From an uncultured Gammaproteobacteria bacterium (GTDB lineage: Bacteria > Pseudomonadota > Gammaproteobacteria > Magnimaribacterales > D2472): 44,917 nucleotides of DNA. A program made the translations under genes and the position numbers. Below the pieces are notes generated by a model that saw only the letters and a program-made list of their open reading frames with translations, ran no database searches and had not been told where the DNA came from. The DNA lies in contig CAYVYQ010000003.1 of NCBI GenBank assembly GCA_964455855.1, forward strand, positions 1-44,917. The letters run 5' to 3'. Of the stretch, positions 1-9,296 are shown one piece after another; position 1 is the first letter of the stretch, and every line of letters starts with the position of its first letter.

Positions 1-27
1 TCTGATATTGCGCTTTTATAAATGTAT

Positions 28-2652
28 TTATCTACTTAATTTAAATCCAACATAAACCATGCGACCGCGTGGATCATGATGCTTAGGATCATAACTCCAG
101 TTAGCAGCGTCATAGACTAATGGGACCTCTTCATCAAAAAGATTTGTCACTCCTACAGACAATTTAAGCTCGCTATCACTCATCTGTATCGTGTATGAAT
201 CCATCAAATCTACAGTAAAGAATGAATCGATTTTTTGACTAAAGCCCCTAGATGTTGCGATAGCATCCAAAGGTCTAGTTGTCGAATAGTCAGTAGTATA
301 CCTTCCAAACAAAGCCAATGAATTATTCCCGCTTTCTAAGGCAGCATGAAATACAGCTTTTGTCTCAGGTAACGATCTAGCAAAATTATCATGATTGAAT
401 TTACCCACAACATCAACAGCTGATCCATTTAAAGGTATCTCATACTCAAACATGTGCATCATGTTTACACCAACTTGAGCTTGCCCCCAAGGTGTATCAA
501 AATCATAAGTTGATTCAAAGTCTAATCCGCTCGTGTTTACATAAGCAGCATTAAAGTACTTAGTCGTAACACCTGTTAAAGTTCCTCCAGTTGTTCTTTT
601 TACATCAGGATCATTTGGATTAGCGGCTACTTTTCCTTGTGCGCTTTCGATAGTAATAACATCACTGTATTCGATGGCCCAGTAATCTAATTTCATAGAT
701 AATTTATCTGTTGGTTTCCATATAGCACCGATATTCATATTATCTGATTCTTCAGGGTCTAAATTAGGATTATTTGCCTGAGCAATTCTTATGAATGTTG
801 TCCCGCCTTTAGGTGAACCGTCGGTATTGTAATCTTGGATGCCTTGCAACCCAATAGTGGTTGAGGTCAATTGAGCCAACGAAGCCTCTCGAAAAGAGGT
901 GCTAAATGAGGCTCTTAATGCAAGATTATCAGTAGCTTGATATCTAAATGATATTTTTGGATTAATAGAGCTATCTGTCTCTAAATCCTCATATCTTAGG
1001 GCGCCATTTATCTCTAATTTATCTGATGGATTCATTGATCCTTCAATGAAGACAGCCATGGCGTCTCTACTTGCATTACTTTCAAGACCGCCACCTAAGA
1101 ACAATAAATCAGCCGGGACTGTTATATTTCCAGCTGCATCAAATTGAGCAATTGATGATGCTCCTCGAGCAACATTAAATGTCTCGTCTCTGTATTGAAA
1201 ACCAGAAGCAATATCCATCCCGCCCCATTCTCCAGTGACAACAAAATCTAAGACAGCTAATTCAGTTTCAGTCCATGTTTGTTGAGATGTAGAAATCCAC
1301 TGAATTAAATCAGCTGAATTATTGGTTGGGGTAAATAAATCCCAAGTTTGATTACCAGAATTTCCACCATTGCCTTTAATGGCAGCGCTAAACCTTGATG
1401 TGCTTGTATCTGGTTGTTGGCCATAAAAATCTTCGCTACTCACGGTGTAGTGAGCGTCCCAATCAAAACCATTATCAAAATCACCTGATAATCCAATTGA
1501 GAATCTATCTGTTTCTATTTCCCTAGGTGCGTTTGGAGAAGGAAATGCAGAACCAAGTGCTCTTCCCAACCAAAGAACAGGAACAGCAAATGGACTTCCA
1601 CCTGTTCCAGGCATGATTGCGTTTGCTGGGCTTAAATATGATAAAGCAGGATAAGAAGGAGATTGAGGATTATCATTCACATCAATCGCAGTACTCATAT
1701 AGTCAATCTCCAAAGCATTACCATTTGCAAGTAATGTTTTAAAAGATCCATACATACTTTCATGATCTTCATCATTAACAACATTAAACCTAGGGCCATA
1801 AACAAAGCCACACCTTGAACCGCTAGCTTGAGGAATGAGAATTCCTTTATTTGCTACACAATTAGGATCTGGAACATTTTGAAAAGGTGTATATGTGCCT
1901 GCATATGGTCCAGATTCAACTGTATCAGGCCCAAACAATAAAAAACTTGTTCCAAGCCCACTAATTCCAAGTTGAGCTAAGCTAGGATCGAAATCTGCTC
2001 CAGACATTGGTGATCTATCAAGAACACTCGCAGCTAAAACAAAATTGGTGTTACCATTTTCTGCACCCCAGATCACACTTACTCTGTCGTCAGTTTGACC
2101 GCTTATATCTGCCTCTTGGCTGGATACCTCTAACTCCACTCCAGTAAAGTCTCTTCTAAAAATATAATTTACAACTCCTGCAACAGCATCGGAACCATAG
2201 ATTGAAGCAGCGCCCTCTTTTAAGACTTCTACTCTTTCAAGTGCAACAACAGGTATTGCATTGGTATTAACAAATGCACTCCCATCATTGGCCGTGGCAC
2301 CAGTTAATGTATGTCTTCGACCATCAACTAAAATCAAAGTTGAAGAAAGGCCTAAACCTCTTAGGTTTACATTGGATGTTCCTTGAGTTGCTCCTTGAGT
2401 AAATGAATCAGAATTATTTTCTGAACCCGAGTTAACAGACAAATTTCTTGTTATATCAGCAATAGAAGTTGCGCCAATATCTTCAATCGTTTCTCTATCA
2501 ACAATCTCAACCGGTGAAGCTCCATCAGTTGGACTTCCTTTAATATAAGAACCAGTCACCATGACCTCTTCTATATCTTGTCCAAATGACTCTAGAGAAA
2601 AAAAGCTTGCGCATAAAAATGCTACAAACCATTTAGATTTATACTTGTTCAT
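28..2652 (-). CDS. TonB-dependent receptor
   Basis: Signal peptide, TonB box-like EEVMVTGS, plug motifs NLRGLG..TLILVDGRR and ERVEVLKEGAASIYGSDAVAGVVN, C-terminal NLFDE...GRMVYVG; SD GAGGGG. Confidence 0.95.
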   Translation of the reverse strand: MNKYKSKWFVAFLCASFFSLESFGQDIEEVMVTGSYIKGSPTDGASPVEIVDRETIEDIGATSIADITRNLSVNSGSENNSDSFTQGATQGTSNVNLRGLGLSSTLILVDGRRHTLTGATANDGSAFVNTNAIPVVALERVEVLKEGAASIYGSDAVAGVVNYIFRRDFTGVELEVSSQEADISGQTDDRVSVIWGAENGNTNFVLAASVLDRSPMSGADFDPSLAQLGISGLGTSFLLFGPDTVESGPYAGTYTPFQNVPDPNCVANKGILIPQASGSRCGFVYGPRFNVVNDEDHESMYGSFKTLLANGNALEIDYMSTAIDVNDNPQSPSYPALSYLSPANAIMPGTGGSPFAVPVLWLGRALGSAFPSPNAPREIETDRFSIGLSGDFDNGFDWDAHYTVSSEDFYGQQPDTSTSRFSAAIKGNGGNSGNQTWDLFTPTNNSADLIQWISTSQQTWTETELAVLDFVVTGEWGGMDIASGFQYRDETFNVARGASSIAQFDAAGNITVPADLLFLGGGLESNASRDAMAVFIEGSMNPSDKLEINGALRYEDLETDSSINPKISFRYQATDNLALRASFSTSFREASLAQLTSTTIGLQGIQDYNTDGSPKGGTTFIRIAQANNPNLDPEESDNMNIGAIWKPTDKLSMKLDYWAIEYSDVITIESAQGKVAANPNDPDVKRTTGGTLTGVTTKYFNAAYVNTSGLDFESTYDFDTPWGQAQVGVNMMHMFEYEIPLNGSAVDVVGKFNHDNFARSLPETKAVFHAALESGNNSLALFGRYTTDYSTTRPLDAIATSRGFSQKIDSFFTVDLMDSYTIQMSDSELKLSVGVTNLFDEEVPLVYDAANWSYDPKHHDPRGRMVYVGFKLSR

Positions 2653-2703
2653 TTAAATTCCCCTCAATTTAAATTCGATTAATGATGCAGATGATCCTGC
2701 GGT

Positions 2704-2770
2704 TAAATATAAGTTACATCAATAATAGTTTTACTGCAAAGTAAATAAAATGTATAAATAAAAGTTACAT
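2704..2770. repeat. 16-bp imperfect direct repeat (TAAATA[T/A]AAGTTACAT) upstream of the TBDR
   Basis: 2704-2719 taaatataagttacat and 2755-2770 taaataaaagttacat, 15/16 identical, 51 bp apart. Confidence 0.6.
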
Positions 2771-3093
2771 TATTTGGGAGTTTGGCCTGTTCCTGGGTGC
2801 ACTATTTCACTGGGTGGGCTAGTTGTTGCATCAGCTGAAATTAAATTTGGCATGGATGAATCTGATATAGATTTTTTAAAATTTAAAATTTCTTTTGCAA
2901 TAAATTTGCAATTTAAATCTCTTTTTACAGCCTCTTCAATCATTAGCTTAAAATAACTGTCAGAAAAGGATTGTTTTTTGTAGATCATGCTATAGCACAG
3001 ACTTGGATCAGATCTTGATTCAATACTTGCTTTAAACTGAGTGGCTGAACAGCTGACAAGCAAGGCTATTAAAAAAAAGTTGAAGTATTTAAT
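2770..3093 (-). CDS. Hypothetical lipoprotein; probable start ATT at 3093 (ORF track uses TTG 3063)
   Basis: Frame extends upstream to (I)KYFNFFLIALLVSC, a complete lipoprotein signal with lipobox LVSC. Confidence 0.6.
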   Translation of the reverse strand: MKYFNFFLIALLVSCSATQFKASIESRSDPSLCYSMIYKKQSFSDSYFKLMIEEAVKRDLNCKFIAKEILNFKKSISDSSMPNLISADATTSPPSEIVHPGTGQTPK

Positions 3094-3108
3094 GGTTTTT
3101 GTATCTGT

Positions 3109-3648
3109 CTAAATCGTATGAGGAGCAGCAAAGAATTGATTGATCAGTGGCTCGAATGATTCCAAACTATCGGTCTCATAATCAGGATCAAATGCAGCTT
3201 GATCCCACTCGTCAGTAAATTCAGTTGCTTTTGCATACCATGACTCCTTCTCATATTGCTTGCGTAAGTCTTGCGGCTTACCCATGTAGTGATAGTAATG
3301 CTCTCCCTGAAAGTCTTGATGAGTGCGAATAATATGATATGCATCCTCGCTAACGTAGGGTTTTATCATTTCTGCTGCGATTTGACCATGATTGGGTACG
3401 TTTATTACCTTGCCGATATCATGAATCAAGCTTATCAGTATCATCTCATCATCTGCGCCTGCTCTTCTTGCCATTGTTGCAGTCTGAAGGGCGTGATGAA
3501 GTTGATCAGTGCCAAAGCCAAGAGTTAATGACTCGGCTTGTTTAAGCATTGAGAGTATTCTTTTTGGCATATCAAAAATATGTGGCATATGCTCTTCGCT
3601 AATATGTTGCCACTCTTCTTGTGTGCTCTGATCCATTCTTGTGAACAT
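3109..3648 (-). CDS. HD-domain metalloprotein (PhnZ-like / COG4341-type)
   Basis: QLHHALQTA, LIHDIG, NHGQIAA, THQDFQ and WDQ motifs; SD AGGTGA. Confidence 0.85.
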   Translation of the reverse strand: MFTRMDQSTQEEWQHISEEHMPHIFDMPKRILSMLKQAESLTLGFGTDQLHHALQTATMARRAGADDEMILISLIHDIGKVINVPNHGQIAAEMIKPYVSEDAYHIIRTHQDFQGEHYYHYMGKPQDLRKQYEKESWYAKATEFTDEWDQAAFDPDYETDSLESFEPLINQFFAAPHTI

Positions 3649-3740
3649 ATAATCACCTATAATTTAGTAAAGTACTTAATAAATTAACGTATTCAGAAGA
3701 AAAAAGGAATATATACTATTATTTAAAAAGGAGAATCTTC

Positions 3741-4124
3741 ATGAATAAAATTAAAATTTTTGTATATTTAGGTTTATTGCTTTTAAATCCTCTTTATTTG
3801 TCTGCCCAATCAGAGCAGGCAATAAAGGTAAATGAGGCCTATAAATATGTTGGCGAAACAAAAATTGTTTGTGGAAAAATCGTTTCAACAAAATATTTAA
3901 AAAGAGCTTCTGGGGGGCCAATATTTTTAAATTTTGGAAGAGACTATCCAAATCAACAAATGACAGGCTTGATCTGGTTTGGGAGATTTTCAGAGTATTT
4001 CTCGTATAAGCCAGAGAAATTTCTTAAAAGAAAAAATGTTTGCGTTAAAGGTTATATTTCTGAGTATGAAGGCAAGACTCAAATGGAAATAAGAACTGAG
4101 AAACAGATTAAATTAAAAGAATAA
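3741..4124 (+). CDS. Exported OB-fold (nucleic-acid-binding-like) protein
   Basis: Signal peptide; EAYKYVG..VCGKI, FLNFG..YPNQ, VCVKGYISEYEGK pattern; SD AAGGAG. Confidence 0.7.
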   Translation: MNKIKIFVYLGLLLLNPLYLSAQSEQAIKVNEAYKYVGETKIVCGKIVSTKYLKRASGGPIFLNFGRDYPNQQMTGLIWFGRFSEYFSYKPEKFLKRKNVCVKGYISEYEGKTQMEIRTEKQIKLKE

Positions 4125-4125
4125 T

Positions 4126-4563
4126 TTAAGTAAGCGTAAATTTTAAAACTGTATGAATTTTTGCTGCTTGATTTAAATCATCTGCCTGAGGGGTGCCATC
4201 TTTATTGAGTTTTATCTTTGCAAAATAAGCATCAACTTTATTATTAGTTACAAGGTCTCTCAGAGTATTTTCAACAATCCGGTTGTTATTAAACTCTAAA
4301 TCAATTTGACAATCTTGCAATTTACCCTTGAGCCAGATCTGAGTGTGAGTTATTTCTTTCAAGTTTCTCCACCAAATATTTGATCTCAATGTCACGCATG
4401 TATAAGAGGTTCCATGCTCATGGTAGCTAACAGGCACCAAATATTTTTTTCCAGATTTTCTACCCTTGAATTGAATAACAAGCACCTGATGGCTAATAAG
4501 GAAATGCATAGGAGATCTTGCAAGAAATGCAACAAATGGATTTATCAAGAACCAAAGATTCAT
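4126..4563 (-). CDS. Deazaflavin-dependent nitroreductase-like (DUF385, split beta-barrel) protein
   Basis: GRKSGKKYLVPVSY and WWRNL motifs. Confidence 0.7.
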   Translation of the reverse strand: MNLWFLINPFVAFLARSPMHFLISHQVLVIQFKGRKSGKKYLVPVSYHEHGTSYTCVTLRSNIWWRNLKEITHTQIWLKGKLQDCQIDLEFNNNRIVENTLRDLVTNNKVDAYFAKIKLNKDGTPQADDLNQAAKIHTVLKFTLT

Positions 4564-5261
4564 ACTTTTAATTCCATTACTTCGTATGCATTCTCAAGAA
4601 TTTTATTAGATTCAAGCATAACTTTATAAGCATTTTTATTTTGTGCAAATCTGATGGTCGAGCTTGGCTCTTCATCAATAAAGTGAAGAGCTGCTCCTCC
4701 TTCAATTCCATACATAAAATTAATAGACCCATCTTCAAGAAATTTTTGAGTTGCTGGGCGCCTTTCTGGCTCCTCGTCATAATGGGGTGCGCAACTACCT
4801 GGAATAAAGTTCATGCATTGCATCATCTTGAGTTCACTGGCCCAAGAATCAGTTAATCCAGCTTCAAACCAACAAATAGCTCCAGCACTGACACCGCTCA
4901 TCACAACACCTTGTTGATATGCTTTTTTTAAAATTAAATCTAAACCCCAATCTCTCCAAACAGCTAACATGCTTTTTGTATTGCCTCCCCCAACAAAAAT
5001 TGCATCTTGTTTTAAAATATGTTCTTCAAGTTCAATTGTCCTTTTAAAAAAACTAATGTGAGTGGGTTCACATTCAAGTTTTGAAAATACAGAATAATAA
5101 TTGACAATATACGGATCTAAATCTCCAGTAGCCGTTGGAATAAAACAAATCTTTGGATTCTTTTTTGCTGTTTGATCTAAAATAAACTGTTCGATTAGAT
5201 TTGATTCTTGGGTCCTACCAAAACCTCCTCCACCAATTGCAATTACTTGACGCATTTTCAT
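4560..5261 (-). CDS. pepE: Peptidase E (S51 dipeptidase)
   Basis: FIPTATGD, DAIFVGGGNT, nucleophile GVSAGA, APHY; start 5261 or 5255. Confidence 0.9.
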   Translation of the reverse strand: MKMRQVIAIGGGGFGRTQESNLIEQFILDQTAKKNPKICFIPTATGDLDPYIVNYYSVFSKLECEPTHISFFKRTIELEEHILKQDAIFVGGGNTKSMLAVWRDWGLDLILKKAYQQGVVMSGVSAGAICWFEAGLTDSWASELKMMQCMNFIPGSCAPHYDEEPERRPATQKFLEDGSINFMYGIEGGAALHFIDEEPSSTIRFAQNKNAYKVMLESNKILENAYEVMELKV

Positions 5262-5281
5262 CCCTGAGAGATATTAGATTA

Positions 5282-6877
5282 ATGAAATTTAGCCACAAAT
5301 ATATCATTATTGGCGCCGGAAGTGCAGGCTGTGTTTTGGCAAATAAGCTTTCAGAAAATCCTGACAACTCAGTTCTCCTAATAGAAGCTGGTCCAATGGA
5401 TAATTATTCATCAATAAAGATGCCTTTAGCTGCAAGCTCTTTATTTAAAAATAAAAAATATGGTTGGGGCTATGAAACTGAGCCGGAGAAAAATTTAAAT
5501 AATAGAACTATTAATTGGCCACGAGGCAAAACTCTTGGGGGAAGTAGCTCAATCAATGGAATGCTTTACATCAGAGGACAGGCTGAGGACTATCAGGAAT
5601 GGGAAAAAGCTGGAAACAAAGGATGGGGTTATAGAGATTTAATGAAATATTTTGTGGCACTAGAAAATAACCAAAATCACGAAGATCAGTATCATGGAAA
5701 TTTTGGCTCTCTCTGGGTTGAAACCTATGAACCTATTCTTGAGGCGTCTAGGTCTTTTTTAAATGCTTGTAAAAAATATGGGCTCACAAAAAATAATGAT
5801 TTCAATGGAGAGGATCAAGAAGGTTATGGTCGGTATCAAGTTAATATCAAAAATGGGCAGAGATTCAGTGCATCTGATGCTTTTTTAAAACCAGTATTAG
5901 ATCGACCCAATCTAGATTTATTAACTAATACTTTAGTTGAGAAGATTATTACATCAAATAAAAAAGCCATTGGTGTGAAAATTAAAAATAAAAATGGAAT
6001 CAATATCATTGGATGCACCTCTGAAATAGTTCTGTGCGGAGGAAGCATAAACTCTCCCCAAATACTTATGCTATCCGGTATAGGACCCAAGGAGAGCCTT
6101 CTCAATCACAATATATCAGTAGTTCAAGATTTGCCTGGTGTTGGGCAAAATTTACAAGATCATCTTACGGTTAATATCAGTTACAAAATTGATAAATTAA
6201 AAACCTTTAGCGAACTTATGAAGCCACTTGGAATGATCAAAAATTTATTTGAATTCTTTGCACAACATAAAGGGTTAATGACTTATCCTGCCTCAGATAT
6301 TGGGGTATTTTTTAAAACAAATGACAAGGTAAAAACTCCTAATGCACAAATTCATTTTGCTCCTGGAGCTGGAAAATATAACAAAAATGGTGCTATGAAA
6401 CCCTCATCAGGGATCACGGCTTCTGTCTGCAATTTGAGACCCAAAAGTCGCGGTCATCTTGAGCTTGCATCCTCCAATCCTTCTGATGCACCAAAAATCT
6501 TTGCAAATTACCTCGAGGATCATGAAGACATGCAATGGATGATAGAAGGTGTTGAGAAGACTCGAGAAATATTTCAAACTGCTCCCATGAAAGAATTGGA
6601 AGCCAAGGAACTACAACCAGGAATCAAGTGCATTAATAAAGCTGATATTGAGGCATTTATTAGAAATGAATCTTTGTCAGTGTATCATCCAATAGGTACT
6701 TGTAAGATGGGAGAAACCAAAGAATGTGTGGTTGATGATCAATTGAAAGTAAAAGGCATATCAGGGCTGAGGGTAGCGGATGCATCTATATTCCCAAGCA
6801 TCATTTCTGGCAATACAAATGCAACCTGTAATGTTATTGGGGCTAAATGTGCAGATTTAATTTTAAATAAAAGATAG
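5282..6877 (+). CDS. GMC family FAD oxidoreductase (choline dehydrogenase-like); start corrected to ATG 5282
   Basis: GAGSAG FAD motif, RGKTLGGSSSINGM, GQNLQDH, YHPIGTC, GNTNA. Confidence 0.92.
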   Translation: MKFSHKYIIIGAGSAGCVLANKLSENPDNSVLLIEAGPMDNYSSIKMPLAASSLFKNKKYGWGYETEPEKNLNNRTINWPRGKTLGGSSSINGMLYIRGQAEDYQEWEKAGNKGWGYRDLMKYFVALENNQNHEDQYHGNFGSLWVETYEPILEASRSFLNACKKYGLTKNNDFNGEDQEGYGRYQVNIKNGQRFSASDAFLKPVLDRPNLDLLTNTLVEKIITSNKKAIGVKIKNKNGINIIGCTSEIVLCGGSINSPQILMLSGIGPKESLLNHNISVVQDLPGVGQNLQDHLTVNISYKIDKLKTFSELMKPLGMIKNLFEFFAQHKGLMTYPASDIGVFFKTNDKVKTPNAQIHFAPGAGKYNKNGAMKPSSGITASVCNLRPKSRGHLELASSNPSDAPKIFANYLEDHEDMQWMIEGVEKTREIFQTAPMKELEAKELQPGIKCINKADIEAFIRNESLSVYHPIGTCKMGETKECVVDDQLKVKGISGLRVADASIFPSIISGNTNATCNVIGAKCADLILNKR

Positions 6878-6879
6878 TC

Positions 6880-8550
6880 TCATTCCTGAAAAACCACCTT
6901 ACCACCAACAACCGTTAATACATTTTTTGATTCTAGAATCTTGGCTTCAGGAATAGTCATCAAATCTTGATCAAAAATAGAAAAATCGGCCAGTTTACCA
7001 ACCTCTATCGTTCCCTTAACATTCTCTTGAAAAGAGGCAATTGCAGGCCATATTGTAAACATCTTTAAAGCCTCAAACCGAGTGAGTCTCTGATCAAGAT
7101 TCCATCCATCAGCATGATATCCATCAACATCTTTTCTAGTGACAGCAGCATAAAACTCTATTCTTGGATCACCAATCTCAACTGGTGCATCTGTTCCACC
7201 TGCAATAATTAAACCCTGATCAATAAGATTTCTCCATGCATATGCATTATCAATTCTATCTAGCCCCAACCTTTCGACTGCAAAATGCAAATCACCAATA
7301 GCATGCGATGGCTGCATCGAAGGAATAATTTCTAATTCAACAAAACGCTTTTGATCGATGGGCGTAATATTTTGTGAATGCTCGATTCTCCATCTAGGGG
7401 AATCTATAAACTGCTTACTTTTTTTAGCTTGATCAAAAGCTTCTTCATACCAATCGAGAACTACTCTATTACCATGATCTCCAATAGCATGTGTTCCAAT
7501 CTGTATACCTTTGCTTAAGGCTTTAGATAACCTAGGTTTTGTGTCTTCTGCAAGAAAAATAAAAACGCCTTTACCATCATAATCACTATACTTTTCCAAT
7601 AGTGCTGCGCCGCGTGAACCTAGAGCCCCGTCAGCATACATTTTTATAGCTCGAACAGTTAAAAAATGGTCAGGGTCAATCATTGGACCATTTTCAATCA
7701 AACGATCCGCGGGTTCTCCATCGCTCACCATAAAATAAACTCTTTGCAGTAAATCATTCTCAGATTTAATTTCCTGCAAAATCGAAATATCCTCAAAGGT
7801 ACCTCCAGGTACATGTATTTGAGTCCAACCCAGGCTTACATTCCTTTGAATGCCTTGCAGGAATGCCTCTTTATCATTAGCTCTGGTTAATTTAGGTATA
7901 AGATCTGAGATTAAGTTCATAGCCATATCAACCAATAAACCAGTTGGCTCTCCATTTTGATCTTTTTCTATAAAGCCTCCTTGTGGATCTTGAGTCTTTG
8001 AATCTATTTTTGCTAACTTTAAGACTAAACTGTTTACTACAACAGCATGTCCATCGGCTCTTTCTAAAACAATTGGGTTATCTGGAGAAAAAACATCTAG
8101 ATCCTGCTTGGTTGGGAATCTTTTTTCCGGCCAAACTTTATCAATCCAACCTCGACCTATAACCCACTCTCCAGGATTCTTTTTTGATAAATAGTTTTCT
8201 ACAACTTTCAAGGTTTCACTTAATGAGGAGATTCCTTGTAAATTGAGGGTTAGTTCTCTATAGCCAATTCCCTTAAGATGAGCATGAGCATCTACGAATC
8301 CTGGAAACACATAACTACCGTTTAAATTTATAACTTTTGCTCCAGAACAAGCTAAATCATTATCTGATAAAGAGCTTCCAACATAAGTAATGTTGGAGTC
8401 TTTTGATGCGATGGAACCAAAAAATGAATCTTCGGCATTTCCAGTATAAATATTGCCTTCATGAAGAATCAAATCTGCTTCAATGCATTGAATAGCTCCC
8501 AATAATACTGGAGCATTGATGCTTGTTATAAGAAGAAAAAGTCTCAACAT
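6880..8550 (-). CDS. Metal-dependent amidohydrolase (YtcJ-like, Amidohydro_3), probably exported
   Basis: PGFVDAHAH, THAIGD, RIEH, GGTDAP, GKLADF; hydrophobic N-terminus. Confidence 0.9.
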   Translation of the reverse strand: MLRLFLLITSINAPVLLGAIQCIEADLILHEGNIYTGNAEDSFFGSIASKDSNITYVGSSLSDNDLACSGAKVINLNGSYVFPGFVDAHAHLKGIGYRELTLNLQGISSLSETLKVVENYLSKKNPGEWVIGRGWIDKVWPEKRFPTKQDLDVFSPDNPIVLERADGHAVVVNSLVLKLAKIDSKTQDPQGGFIEKDQNGEPTGLLVDMAMNLISDLIPKLTRANDKEAFLQGIQRNVSLGWTQIHVPGGTFEDISILQEIKSENDLLQRVYFMVSDGEPADRLIENGPMIDPDHFLTVRAIKMYADGALGSRGAALLEKYSDYDGKGVFIFLAEDTKPRLSKALSKGIQIGTHAIGDHGNRVVLDWYEEAFDQAKKSKQFIDSPRWRIEHSQNITPIDQKRFVELEIIPSMQPSHAIGDLHFAVERLGLDRIDNAYAWRNLIDQGLIIAGGTDAPVEIGDPRIEFYAAVTRKDVDGYHADGWNLDQRLTRFEALKMFTIWPAIASFQENVKGTIEVGKLADFSIFDQDLMTIPEAKILESKNVLTVVGGKVVFQE

Positions 8551-8558
8551 TAAAGTTG

Positions 8559-9296
8559 TTAAGCTTCTTGTGCAGTTGGTCTTATTACTATCTCATTGAC
8601 AGAGACTCCAGGGTCAAGTTGCAGAGCATATATTATAGATTCAGCTACTCTTTCGGCTGGTTGAGCAATATTACCAATCCCTCTATTCATTAATGCTTCA
8701 AGCATTGATTCATCTTTAATAGAAAATGCCAACTCTGTTTTAAAAGCCCCAGGATAGATACAAGTTACTTGAATTTTTCCTGAAGATTCTAATCTCAAAC
8801 CTTCAGAGATAGCTCTAACAGCATATTTTGTTCCCGAGTAAACTGCGCTTCCTGGCATTACTCTTTTGCCTGCCACAGAGGAAATATTAATTATTTGGCC
8901 TGACTCTCTAGCAAGCATATGCGAATAGACTGAATCAATTCCGTATAAAACACCTTTAATGTTTACATCTATCATATGGTCCCATTCATCTGTTCTGCCT
9001 TTTTCAAGCAAAGACAGAGGCATTACTCCAGCATTATTCACCAAAGAATCAATTCTCCCGAAGGTTTCAATACCATGTTGTGCCAGTGCATGCATCTGTT
9101 CTTTTGAAGTAACATCTGTAGCTTTATAGATAGCAGAGTCAGCACCAAGTTCGTCGCATAACTCTTTTAATTTATCCTCTCTACGAGCCCCTAAAACTAC
9201 TTTTGCACCTAATGCAACGCACATTTTTGCAGCCTCTTTACCAAAACCAGAGCTAGCACCTGTGATCATGACTATCCTATCTTTTAAACCATTCAT
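8559..9296 (-). CDS. SDR oxidoreductase (NADP-dependent type)
   Basis: TGASSGFG, NNAG, YSGTK; basic ARR after beta-2. Confidence 0.92.
   Translation of the reverse strand: MNGLKDRIVMITGASSGFGKEAAKMCVALGAKVVLGARREDKLKELCDELGADSAIYKATDVTSKEQMHALAQHGIETFGRIDSLVNNAGVMPLSLLEKGRTDEWDHMIDVNIKGVLYGIDSVYSHMLARESGQIINISSVAGKRVMPGSAVYSGTKYAVRAISEGLRLESSGKIQVTCIYPGAFKTELAFSIKDESMLEALMNRGIGNIAQPAERVAESIIYALQLDPGVSVNEIVIRPTAQEA

Noticed and set aside
2653-2769. Cobalamin or TPP riboswitch upstream of the TBDR
   Set aside because: Only 117 bp, AT-rich, and no recognisable B12-box or TPP core
5201-5281. N-terminal extension of the GMC ORF
   Set aside because: Overlaps pepE head-on; the FAD motif starts right after ATG 5282
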